Origin: Candidatus Thalassarchaeaceae archaeon
GTDB taxonomy: Archaea; Thermoplasmatota; Poseidoniia; Poseidoniales; Thalassarchaeaceae
Assembly (NCBI GenBank): GCA_965660655.1
Contig: CBFIAW010000002.1
Span: 1-59,201, forward strand
Direction of reading: 5' to 3'
DNA length: 59,201 bases
Of the stretch, positions 17,413 to 26,066 are shown piece by piece; within the stretch, counting starts at the first letter, position 1, and each line of letters starts with the position of its first letter. The position numbers were made by a program, and so were the translations under genes. The notes under the pieces are model-generated. The model saw only the letters and a list, made by a program, of their open reading frames with translations. It was not told the DNA's origin and made no database searches.

Positions 17413-19341
17413 GTGGGCGGCTCTGAGAAAACGGTTCCCAGTCGGTTCAAGAGGAGCCAAGACCATCACGAGGCTTACCTCCGTCTGATTCGCTGGGAGC
17501 TAGATGACGAATTGGCAATGACCGAGGATAGACTCAGGAATTGGTCAGAGAAGAAATTGGAAGCAAATGGAATAGCGCTATTCGGATTGAATGCGAAGAC
17601 TGACGGTTGGTTGTTCGGTCAGCAAATCATTAGGCTTCGTCTGGGCTCTGGGAAAAACTTGGGCTCCCATAGGTTCAGACAAGGAGACATAGTGATGTTA
17701 AGCAGGGGTAGCCCATTGACCGAAAGGCCGATTGAGGCCATAGTTAGCAACAGGAGTAGAAACTCGATTCGAGTCGTTCTCCCCGAGGCTCCACAGGGAC
17801 TTCGGAAGGGAACCTGGAGGATTGACAGGGGGGCCAACAGAGTTGCATTCGATAGAATGAGGGATGCGCTCAATTCGATATTCGAAGAAGGTGGAAGTGC
17901 GCCCATGAGGGAACTTCTGCTTGGCCTGGTTCACGATCCAAAGGGGACTGCTTCTCTGATTCCAGAGATGGGTGGGGCCAAGCAAACAATAGTCCCCCTC
18001 CCAAGTGACTTGAACAGAACTCAGAGGAATGCTGCAGAGAGTGCGATAAATAGGAGACTGACTCTGATTCAGGGACCACCGGGAACTGGCAAGACTCACA
18101 CTGCGGTTAGGATACTCGAGAACTGGGCAATACAAGATACAGGGACGGTTCTGGCGGTTGCTGACTCAAATGTGGCTGTTGACAACTTACTGGAGGGTCT
18201 GCTAGAAAGGGGAGTCAGTGCAGTAAGACTGGGTCAGCCCGTGAAAGTTCGAGAAAGCCTGAGAGTAGCCACTATGGATGCTATGATGGAAAGTCACGAG
18301 TTGAATAGAGAACTGATAGAAGAGATTGAGAGGAACGAGAAATTATCCCGAAGAATAAAGGGGATGAGAGGTGGAAAAGAAAAGGGTCTAGCGCACAGGG
18401 ATTTGAGCAGAGGTTGGAAGGAAGTGAAACGACTGGAGAGAGAGATCCGAGACGACATTCTGGATAGGGCCCAGGTTCTTTGTTGCACTTGCATTGGTTC
18501 CGGACACGATTTACTCGATGGCCGTAGGTTTTCCCGAGTGCTACTTGACGAAGCCACCCAGGCAACAGAGCCGGCGGCATTGGTACCCCTGGTGAAAGGG
18601 GCTAGGCAGATTGTATTGGTGGGCGACCACAGACAATTGCCTCCGACCGTGATTTCACGACGGGCAGAGGCTGGTGGTTTGGGCAGGTCACTCTTCGAAC
18701 GATTGGTGGACATGGGGATCACCCCACTACTGCTGAACACTCAGTACAGAATGCACCCATCAATTTCTGAGTTCCCAAATTCGCAGTTCTATGGAGGGAT
18801 GCTGGAGAATGGGGTGAGTGAGTCGGAAAGAGAGGCCCCCGCTGGGATGCTTTGGCCTGATTGGGATGCACCGTTATCGTTCCTTCCGGTTGATGGTGAC
18901 GAGTTGCTATCCCCGGATGGTGCCTCAAAGGAGAACAAAGCTGAAGCAGCATGGGTAGTGAAAATACTGATGGGTTTTGTTGACGGAGGTGGACTCGAAC
19001 TAACCGACATAGGTATTGTGACCCCATACGCTGGTCAAGTTAGAGCGATTAGGGACATGCTTCCCGAGTCGATGCAAGGAGTTGAAGTTAGGACTGTTGA
19101 TGGTTATCAGGGCAGAGAGAAGGAGGTGATCATTTTCTCTTGCGTTAGATCGAACTCGGATGGCAATGTTGGTTTCCTATCAGATCGACGTAGGCTAAAC
19201 GTGGCCCTTACGAGATCTAAGCGTGGGCTTGTGGTAATTGGAAACCCGGATACACTTAGGAATGATGAGAATTGGAGAGCTTGGATTGATCATGTGAGGA
19301 GTCGTAAACTTGAGGCATGGCATCTCCTGGGTACTGCATGA
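17413..19341 (+). CDS. Superfamily 1B helicase, Upf1/IGHMBP2/DNA2-like
   Basis: IQGPPGTGKTHT (Walker A), VLLDEATQATEP (motif II), VGDHRQLPPTV, LNTQYRMHPSISEFPN, VDGYQGREKEVIIFSCVRSN, RRLNVALTRSKRGLVVIGN. GTG start at 17413. Confidence 0.85.
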   Translation: MGGSEKTVPSRFKRSQDHHEAYLRLIRWELDDELAMTEDRLRNWSEKKLEANGIALFGLNAKTDGWLFGQQIIRLRLGSGKNLGSHRFRQGDIVMLSRGSPLTERPIEAIVSNRSRNSIRVVLPEAPQGLRKGTWRIDRGANRVAFDRMRDALNSIFEEGGSAPMRELLLGLVHDPKGTASLIPEMGGAKQTIVPLPSDLNRTQRNAAESAINRRLTLIQGPPGTGKTHTAVRILENWAIQDTGTVLAVADSNVAVDNLLEGLLERGVSAVRLGQPVKVRESLRVATMDAMMESHELNRELIEEIERNEKLSRRIKGMRGGKEKGLAHRDLSRGWKEVKRLEREIRDDILDRAQVLCCTCIGSGHDLLDGRRFSRVLLDEATQATEPAALVPLVKGARQIVLVGDHRQLPPTVISRRAEAGGLGRSLFERLVDMGITPLLLNTQYRMHPSISEFPNSQFYGGMLENGVSESEREAPAGMLWPDWDAPLSFLPVDGDELLSPDGASKENKAEAAWVVKILMGFVDGGGLELTDIGIVTPYAGQVRAIRDMLPESMQGVEVRTVDGYQGREKEVIIFSCVRSNSDGNVGFLSDRRRLNVALTRSKRGLVVIGNPDTLRNDENWRAWIDHVRSRKLEAWHLLGTA

Positions 19342-19350
19342 GGTGCGTGA

Positions 19351-19923
19351 ATGGGCGATCATGACTCACCGATCTCAATTCATGGCGGGGGGACGCTGGC
19401 GAAAGCAATAGTTTCGCAAGAGCAGGATCATTGGTCAGTTCCAGAAGGTGCGATTCTTGCTTCTTGGGCGAGGAGATTGTTCTCCTTCGTAATTGATGTC
19501 ACAATCGTATACTCGGTACTGAACCTGGCAAGCGGGGGAATGGTTGCGAATGCATTGAATGTCACTCTCTGGGCCTCTTCTGAATTCCACTATTCCGTTG
19601 CATTCGCAGCTATATTGCTCACTAGTCACTGGCTATACTGGAGGGTTACTGGATTAATGTTCTCTAGATCTCTAGGCCAGAAGATGATGGGGATAGCGAT
19701 TGTGAAGGACGACGGGAGTGCGGTGACCAGTAAAATGTGGGACAGCAGGGCGACGGGGAAGCTCCTCTACCTACTCCCTGTAGTGAACCTCTACTTTGGA
19801 ATCTACGAGTTGGCTAGAATTTCACAGAGGCATACACATCAGTCAAATCTTGATCTTCGAGTGGGGACGATAGTTGCACATTCTGCGTCCCTCCCACCAG
19901 GCAGTAGAAGACACATCAAATAG
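19351..19923 (+). CDS. RDD-family membrane protein
   Basis: ASWARRLFSFVIDVTIVYSV (RDD-type first helix), three predicted TM helices and a conserved-looking ...HQSNLDLRVGTIV C-terminus. Confidence 0.55.
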   Translation: MGDHDSPISIHGGGTLAKAIVSQEQDHWSVPEGAILASWARRLFSFVIDVTIVYSVLNLASGGMVANALNVTLWASSEFHYSVAFAAILLTSHWLYWRVTGLMFSRSLGQKMMGIAIVKDDGSAVTSKMWDSRATGKLLYLLPVVNLYFGIYELARISQRHTHQSNLDLRVGTIVAHSASLPPGSRRHIK

Positions 19924-19931
19924 GTGGGAAA

Positions 19932-20534
19932 ATGGACGAGGCCGTTGAGTGGGTACTCTCTGGGAAGTGCATTGTATATCCCACCTCAACTCTGCCTGCC
20001 CTTGGGTGCATCCCTGATTCAAGAGCGCTAGATGAATTGTTCGAAATAAAGAGCAGGTCCCGATACGCCCCTGTTAGCCTTGGGGTCGCCAATCTAAATC
20101 AGGCGAGTAGCATCGTGGAAGTCCCCTCTGGTGTCCACGAAATCCTAGAGGATTTTCCAGAAGGCTCGCTAACCATAGTTCTCAATGCGAAGGAGGAAAT
20201 GGATCCTCGGCTAGGGGGCCAAAAAGTTGCGATTCGAGTGGTCTCGGACCTTACAGCAAAGGAATTACTCCTCAGGACCGGCCCTTTGACTGCCACCAGT
20301 GCGAACCAATCAGGTGAAGAAGCCCTATTGCATTGCACTGCGGCCGCGGATTCTCTGTGTACCTCGGAAAAAACTGTTGTTGGTATTGATGGAATCTGCC
20401 AAGGGGGGCTCCCCAGTACTTTGATAGCATGGCCTACAGTCTGCGATTCACCTGAGTCACGGAAGATAGAGTTACTCAGAGAAGGAAAGATAAGTTCCGA
20501 AGAGGTTTTCGCATGGTGGAAGAAGAGGATCTGA
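19932..20534 (+). CDS. tsaC: L-threonylcarbamoyladenylate synthase, short YrdC/TsaC type (no Sua5 C-domain)
   Basis: CIVYPTSTLPALGC (PTDTvYGLG equivalent), FEIKSRSRYAPVSL and LTATSANQSGEE (tSAN.SG). Confidence 0.8.
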   Translation: MDEAVEWVLSGKCIVYPTSTLPALGCIPDSRALDELFEIKSRSRYAPVSLGVANLNQASSIVEVPSGVHEILEDFPEGSLTIVLNAKEEMDPRLGGQKVAIRVVSDLTAKELLLRTGPLTATSANQSGEEALLHCTAAADSLCTSEKTVVGIDGICQGGLPSTLIAWPTVCDSPESRKIELLREGKISSEEVFAWWKKRI

Positions 20535-21526
20535 AGCAATGGCGAGATGCGGGTCACGTAGCTAGAAGGACTCTCGAGGGAATAAAGGGCGAGATTGTTG
20601 CTGGGAAGCAGTGGTCAGAAGTAATCGATTCTGCTGAGAGATTCATCAAGAGGCATGGCGGAAAGGCAGCTTTCCCCGTAACTATCTCAGTTAACGAAAT
20701 GGCTGCCCACTACACAACGAACACCGAACTCACACCCCCTGAGGGTTTCGAGGGGGAGATGATCTTCCAGAAAGGAGATCTTGTCAAGCTCGATGTTGGA
20801 GTACACATCAAAGGAGCCCTTGGAGACAATGCCCTAACAATAGAGGTCGGGAACGGGGGGGAACATACTGAACAAATTAGGGCTGCCAGGGACGCCAGGG
20901 ATGCAGCAGTAGAGAAGATGCACCCCGGGACGCCATGGCATGTTATTGGGGAGGCAGCGCAACAGGCATCGGTAGATGCAGGGTTTGAGCCGATTAGGAA
21001 TCTAAGCGGACACAAGATGGAGAGGTGGAATCTGCACTCGGGGGTTTCGATTCCGATGTACTCGTGCGGTCCGAATAATCCTAGCTACAAAGGAGAGGTG
21101 GAAGCAGGGGGCGTATATGCTGTGGAGCCATTCAACACTACTGGAAAGAGTGGTATGATCGAGAATGTTCCTCCCGCAGATTCATCCAACATTCTACGAG
21201 TGACTGGAGATGTGGCGATTAGAAAGGCCCTCTCGAAGGGAAAACTGAAGCCACTAGGGGCTACTATGGCAAGATACATCGAAGAGCGATATAGCACCCT
21301 TCCCTTCGCAGAGAGGTGGGCTTCCCCTCTACTGAGCAAACCATTCCCAGAAGAGGATGACGAATCTCTGAAGAGGAAATGGAAGGCGCTGGTGAAGAAA
21401 CTGACCTCGATTAGGTTCCTTGAACTCTACAGTGCCCTCAGAGATGTGGACAAGGGGAATGTTGGACAGTTTGAGCATACCGTTTTCATCACCGAAGGTG
21501 GTCCTGAGATTCTTACCGTAGAGTGA
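20513..21526 (+). CDS. map: Methionine aminopeptidase, type 2 (archaeal)
   Basis: AAFPVTISVNEMAAHYT, DLVKLDVGVHIKG, NLSGHKMERWNLHSGVSIP, YAVEPFNTTG, GQFEHTVFIT. Collinear with Pyrococcus MetAP2. The start overlaps the tsaC end by 22 nt. Confidence 0.9.
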   Translation: MVEEEDLKQWRDAGHVARRTLEGIKGEIVAGKQWSEVIDSAERFIKRHGGKAAFPVTISVNEMAAHYTTNTELTPPEGFEGEMIFQKGDLVKLDVGVHIKGALGDNALTIEVGNGGEHTEQIRAARDARDAAVEKMHPGTPWHVIGEAAQQASVDAGFEPIRNLSGHKMERWNLHSGVSIPMYSCGPNNPSYKGEVEAGGVYAVEPFNTTGKSGMIENVPPADSSNILRVTGDVAIRKALSKGKLKPLGATMARYIEERYSTLPFAERWASPLLSKPFPEEDDESLKRKWKALVKKLTSIRFLELYSALRDVDKGNVGQFEHTVFITEGGPEILTVE

Positions 21527-21708
21527 TTGAGAGATTTTGAAGATTTCAGCAATATTCTTCCTTATTTCTCACAACGATTAACTATTGCCGCCCATCTGGT
21601 CCAACCGTACAGGACGAAAGGTTCTCGCTGAGTGCATCCCATCCCCTCGCAATTATCTCTCTCCTGTACACCTTTCTCAGACAGCCGGATGGCTCGCTAT
21701 ACCTTGTT

Positions 21709-22638
21709 TCAATCTTGTTGAGTTTCTATTTTGGAGGTTTCCGCCGCACCAAACAAGGTTACTGCAATGATTGCGATGAAGATCAGGAGCATTCCGCCGA
21801 TTTGTTGGACTGATGGCTTCTCAGAGAGAAGAAGAACCCCCCAGAGAATTGTGAGTACAGGTTGGAGCAAGATAGCAAAAGAAGTGTGTGCAGCCGGAAG
21901 TCTGGGCAGGGCGTATGTGATGGCGACCCATCCGATTACTTGGCAAGAAACAGCGAGAAGAACGAGCCAACCGTGCCCAGGCCAATTGATCGAGAAATCA
22001 ATTGGTTCTATAGCCAGCCTCGATAGGGGTAGTATTCCAGCTAGAAGAAGACCGGTGGCAGCACCTGCAGTTGCATCAAGTTGTAGATTGACGGATGGGG
22101 CTTGGATGCGATTTGAGAATCTGTATAGGATTAGGAACGAAGAATAGAATATTGCTGCAACTATTCCCCCAATTACGCCCTTTATCGGGTCATCCCCGTA
22201 TGGCTTATCGTCCCAAATTCCTGAGATGAATGCAAGACCCAACATCACCATCGGCAGGGCGAATAGAATCATCCGATTGGGACGTTCTCCAAACATCCAC
22301 CAACTTATCAAAGTTACAATGATTACCTGAGAGTTCCCAATCAACGTTGCAATTCCACTGCCAATGTAGTCAATTGCACTGTGATAGCCGATGAAATCGA
22401 TTGCCAGTAGCAAACCGGCAGAAAATGCAAGAATCCTATTCTTTCTCCCTCTGTGATCAACCCGTTTCAAGTACCAGACTAGGAAGATTAGAATTGGAAG
22501 AGCGTATAACATTCGGAAGAATGCCCCTGTTACGGGAGGTGTGTCTGATTGAATATACAACAGGGGTGCGAATGAGAGCAGCGTCGCTCCGGCGAGGGCT
22601 ATTAGCATGATTCGCTGGTCATCTGCCGGCGCAGACAT
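21709..22638 (-). CDS. DMT-superfamily (EamA-like) transporter
   Basis: About 10 TM helices in two EamA-like halves. The ATG at 22638 lies 11 nt after the grx stop. The longer ORF N-terminus (to 22785) overlaps grx and is not membrane-like. Confidence 0.75.
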   Translation of the reverse strand: MSAPADDQRIMLIALAGATLLSFAPLLYIQSDTPPVTGAFFRMLYALPILIFLVWYLKRVDHRGRKNRILAFSAGLLLAIDFIGYHSAIDYIGSGIATLIGNSQVIIVTLISWWMFGERPNRMILFALPMVMLGLAFISGIWDDKPYGDDPIKGVIGGIVAAIFYSSFLILYRFSNRIQAPSVNLQLDATAGAATGLLLAGILPLSRLAIEPIDFSINWPGHGWLVLLAVSCQVIGWVAITYALPRLPAAHTSFAILLQPVLTILWGVLLLSEKPSVQQIGGMLLIFIAIIAVTLFGAAETSKIETQQD

Positions 22639-22649
22639 CGAACAACCAC

Positions 22650-23006
22650 TCACTCTGAAGCATTGCCGCCATTGGCAAGCATCTTCTGGAGATCGCCGGA
22701 CTGGTACATCTCCAGTACTATGTCTGAACCGCCAATCAACTCGCCATTGATGAAAACCTGCGGGATAGTTGGGAAATCTGACCATTCCTTCAATGCGGGT
22801 CTGGCCCTAGGGTCCAATAGGACATTGACACAAGCAAATGTCTCCATCCCAAGTTCAGCTATTACCGTGCTGAGGACTTGTGCGCCCCTTGCGGAGAATC
22901 CACACTGGGGCTGTTCAGGGGTCCCCTTCATGAAAATAACAATTTGGTTTTCTTCAACAACTTCTTGCAGCTCTTCGGGTGTCCAGTCAAAACTCATCTC
23001 AATCAC
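22650..23006 (-). CDS. grxD: Monothiol glutaredoxin (Grx4/5 family, CGFS)
   Basis: VIFMKGTPEQPQCGFSARG, WSDFPTIPQVFINGELIGGSDI. Confidence 0.85.
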   Translation of the reverse strand: MIEMSFDWTPEELQEVVEENQIVIFMKGTPEQPQCGFSARGAQVLSTVIAELGMETFACVNVLLDPRARPALKEWSDFPTIPQVFINGELIGGSDIVLEMYQSGDLQKMLANGGNASE

Positions 23007-23326
23007 TCCTCTCTCGGTCTTCGAATATGTACCCCATAGAACTCATGCTCTTGACCATGTGGGTCGAAGGCCGTCTGAGCGGATCCTTCGGCTTGCTTGG
23101 GAGTCATGCATTTCAGGTCTAAGGCATGTACGGTGTTGTTGGAGATGAACTCCTTGAAATGGTTCAATATTGGCTTCTGTCTCTGAAGTGGCATTATCCC
23201 CTCATAGCTTTCTGAAATCACTCTGACGTGAAAGTGGTCACCCGTTCCATGCAAATCAGAGGCCTCGACGATAGCATGTGGCACGACCTTGAGGATCTCC
23301 TGCCTCATCCACTCAACGGTTACCAT
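23003..23326 (-). CDS. bolA: BolA family protein
   Basis: GTGDHFHVRVISESYEGIMPLQRQKPILNHFKEFISNNTVHALDLKCMTP (BolA H...F.G....RH..V......I HAL pattern). There is a 4-nt overlap with grx. Confidence 0.8.
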   Translation of the reverse strand: MVTVEWMRQEILKVVPHAIVEASDLHGTGDHFHVRVISESYEGIMPLQRQKPILNHFKEFISNNTVHALDLKCMTPKQAEGSAQTAFDPHGQEHEFYGVHIRRPREE

Positions 23327-23356
23327 GGAACTCGGAAGTAGTAGTTCAGATATAAA

Positions 23357-24052
23357 CTACGTTTCGAGGGATTTAGTAATCGACTCGAGGTTCTCTTTGA
23401 TTGATCCGCTGTCGTTGATTAGCCCTGATCCTACGACGGCGATATCTATTCCCCAGTCGGCGATCATTGCAGCGTTGTGGTCTTTCACTCCACCGTCAAT
23501 CATCAGTTTGGTTGCCCTACCCCCTGTTGCAATCTGAGCATCGATGGCCATTCGGAATTCACGCACCTTATCCTCAACCTCAGGCATGAACTGCTGCCCG
23601 CCCTTGCCCGGAACGATTGACATGACCAGAACAAGATCCAGGTCCTGTAACAATGGAACAATCTCCTCGGCTGGGGTGTCTGGATTCAAAACGCAACCGA
23701 CCTGAACGCCAACTGCGTGCAAGGATCCGATTAACTCGGGAAAGTCGTCTACTGCCTCGATGTGTGCAATCACCATGTCAACTCCGGCATTTGCATACTG
23801 TTCCCAAGTCTCCTCCGCATTGGTAATCATTAGATGGCAATCGATGAAGACTTCGGGGCCGACTCTATCTCTGACCGATTTGATCAATGCCGGTCCAAAG
23901 GTGATTGTGCGATTGATAACCCAATTTCCATCCATGACATCCATGTGCAGCCAACTGATTCCAGCATCGATTGCCGCGTCAATGGTTTCACCTAGTATGC
24001 AGAAGTCTGCCGTAAGTATGCTCGGAGTAATCTCCATGTTCTCCTCGTCCAT
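23357..24052 (-). CDS. rpe: Ribulose-phosphate 3-epimerase
   Basis: ITPSILTADFCILGETI..AGISWLHMDVMDGNWV, HLM, VLVMSIVPGKGGQQF, IDGGV. Start at 24052 (MDEENMEITPSIL) or 24037. The 339-aa ORF version runs antisense through trxA. Confidence 0.9.
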   Translation of the reverse strand: MDEENMEITPSILTADFCILGETIDAAIDAGISWLHMDVMDGNWVINRTITFGPALIKSVRDRVGPEVFIDCHLMITNAEETWEQYANAGVDMVIAHIEAVDDFPELIGSLHAVGVQVGCVLNPDTPAEEIVPLLQDLDLVLVMSIVPGKGGQQFMPEVEDKVREFRMAIDAQIATGGRATKLMIDGGVKDHNAAMIADWGIDIAVVGSGLINDSGSIKENLESITKSLET

Positions 24053-24149
24053 TAGGAAGGGGTGCTGGTACTCAACACATTCTATCTGACCTAACCAAAA
24101 ACACACATGTTGATAGGATGAGAGACGATCCATTGGATTAGGTGGAATA

Positions 24150-24467
24150 ATGGGCAAGGTTGTGGATACTGGTGACACGGACTTTGATGTAACAACAAAG
24201 AGCGATGAATGGGTACTAGCGGATTTCTGGGCTCCATGGTGTGGGCCATGCAGAATGGTTGGCCCGGTCCTCTCACAGATTGCCCAGGAAAGAGAGATTA
24301 CCATTGCAAAGGTGAATACTGATGTCAATCCCCTTACTTCAGGGAGATTTGGGATCAGGGGGATTCCGGCACTCATTCTTTTCAGAAACGGAGAGATGGT
24401 TGACAGGATGACTGGGGCAATGCCAAAGCAGAGTATGGATTCCTGGCTAGACAGGCATATGTCCTAG
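24150..24467 (+). CDS. trxA: Thioredoxin
   Basis: DFWAPWCGPCRMVGP, FGIRGIPALILFRNGE. Confidence 0.9.
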   Translation: MGKVVDTGDTDFDVTTKSDEWVLADFWAPWCGPCRMVGPVLSQIAQEREITIAKVNTDVNPLTSGRFGIRGIPALILFRNGEMVDRMTGAMPKQSMDSWLDRHMS

Positions 24468-26017
24468 GTTTCAGTGCTATTCAGCTTCCCAAGCCTCTCA
24501 TCGAATGGCTTACCGACATCCCTCAGAAGTCTAGATCTGAGAGCCTCGTGTAACCACATGCCGTCTTCCAACTCGAGCATCAACCCCCTCTCAATGAGTT
24601 GTTCTGGGGGGATCCCGTCGACGCCGGCAGCCATTGCCAACTTCTCCCAAGGAACCGGTCTCTCAGAGGTGGCTAGAATGGAAAGTATCTCCCTATGAGA
24701 CTCTGGGAGGACGTTCAGAATTTCATCGTCTAAGAATCGGAGCCAGTCTTCGTGGAGTGTTTTGCCGTACATTTCGAGTAATTCGACTGCAAGAGGGTGC
24801 CCTCCTGTAACTCTGTGAATCTCTGAAGCAGGCGCGTTTTCTGGGATTTCTATCATTTCTATCCATGCTTCAATCTCTTCTGGGGAGAGGCCGGATAGCG
24901 TCATCTCCGATACCTTGTCTAGGGTGTGCACATATCTGCGGTCGTAGAAGGCTAGACTTGTTCTAGAAATCATCAATAGTCGTAGTTTAGTTTTCTCCGC
25001 AGTCTGAAGGAGGGCCCCGAACAAGTGATCGCCGCTAGTACCGATGTTGTGAACGTCGTCTAAGACTACTAGGGCTTCATCGATTTTGCTCCCTTCGGAA
25101 GGATTGATGAGTGATTTCTCATCGATCAAGTGTGCTGTTAATCGTCGCCTGAATGAGTCTATTTCCAGTCTAGCTGCAGGCTTGTATGGAAGCGTTGCCA
25201 GGATGTCGTAAGGGTCTTCTGATTCTTCAGTGATCCCAATTCGGTGAAGGAGACTGGTTGCAATTCCGAGTGGCGAATCCCATGGTTGGCAGGGATAGTA
25301 CATTGTCTTTAGTTCGGGATTTGCATTCATCATCTCTGAAATCCAGTGAGATGCTAGTGTTGTCTTGCCACAACCAGCGATTCCAGAGAGGACAAGTAAT
25401 GGTTTTCCGGAGTTGAACCAGACGTCTAGAGCTCCAATCTCATCCTTTCTTCCATGGACCGTACGAGTCTTTGGTGGCCTTGTATGGTAGGTTGAGTGAG
25501 CTCCTGTGAGGATGGAGGATGATCCTGGTGAGGGCTTGTTTTCGTTTTTTCTAACCAAGGCTCCGAATCGGATATCTCCGAAGTTGAGGACTCCCTCGTG
25601 TTGGGCGTGCATCAGGATTTGTAGTAGGCTGAGACCGGCACGCAACTTGTTCGCGGCCTCATCCGCTCTTATTTCCAGAACGTTGCCCTCATTCGATCTA
25701 ATCAAGACCATTAGGGTGCGCAACTCAGAGATTCTCTCCCTTGCTAGTTCCCTCCCTTCCTCCGTTAGTTGCCATGTCTTTTGCCTACGATTATCCCCTC
25801 TCACTGTCCTACTGTGCTGAGAAATATATCCTTGAGAAGTCAGTTGCCTCATTGCCCGGGAGACGTTCGGGGGGTGCAAGGCACAAGATTCTGCTATTCC
25901 CGAACGAGTGACGTCAGAAGTTACAATGTAGTGATCGGCTTGGAAGTCCTGTTCCCATAGATGTAGCATTATTCTATCTGAAACGGGCACATTGGGTCGT
26001 GAATCGTTGCGTGCCAC
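24464..26017 (-). CDS. wHTH + P-loop NTPase (archaeal ATPase/STAND-like) putative regulator
   Basis: The N-terminal winged helix is GIAESCALHPPNVSRAMRQLTSQGYIS...RRQKTWQLTEEG. Walker A is LVLSGIAGCGKTTLASHW and Walker B is ALVVLDDVHN. The C-terminal region is helical. Confidence 0.65.
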   Translation of the reverse strand: MARNDSRPNVPVSDRIMLHLWEQDFQADHYIVTSDVTRSGIAESCALHPPNVSRAMRQLTSQGYISQHSRTVRGDNRRQKTWQLTEEGRELARERISELRTLMVLIRSNEGNVLEIRADEAANKLRAGLSLLQILMHAQHEGVLNFGDIRFGALVRKNENKPSPGSSSILTGAHSTYHTRPPKTRTVHGRKDEIGALDVWFNSGKPLLVLSGIAGCGKTTLASHWISEMMNANPELKTMYYPCQPWDSPLGIATSLLHRIGITEESEDPYDILATLPYKPAARLEIDSFRRRLTAHLIDEKSLINPSEGSKIDEALVVLDDVHNIGTSGDHLFGALLQTAEKTKLRLLMISRTSLAFYDRRYVHTLDKVSEMTLSGLSPEEIEAWIEMIEIPENAPASEIHRVTGGHPLAVELLEMYGKTLHEDWLRFLDDEILNVLPESHREILSILATSERPVPWEKLAMAAGVDGIPPEQLIERGLMLELEDGMWLHEALRSRLLRDVGKPFDERLGKLNSTET

Positions 26018-26066
26018 AGATTAACGGTGGAGGATGATAGCATCAAGGTTCGGGAATACGAATTGA

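Noticed and set aside
22663-23148. A 161-aa + strand ORF
   Set aside because: It is antisense to the grx and bolA genes, both of which have clear family signatures.
24053-24376. N-terminal 108-aa extension of the rpe ORF (the 339-aa version)
   Set aside because: The extension has no similarity to Rpe and runs antisense through the well-supported trxA gene. The canonical Rpe N-terminus (ITPSILTADF) follows the internal ATGs at 24052 and 24037.
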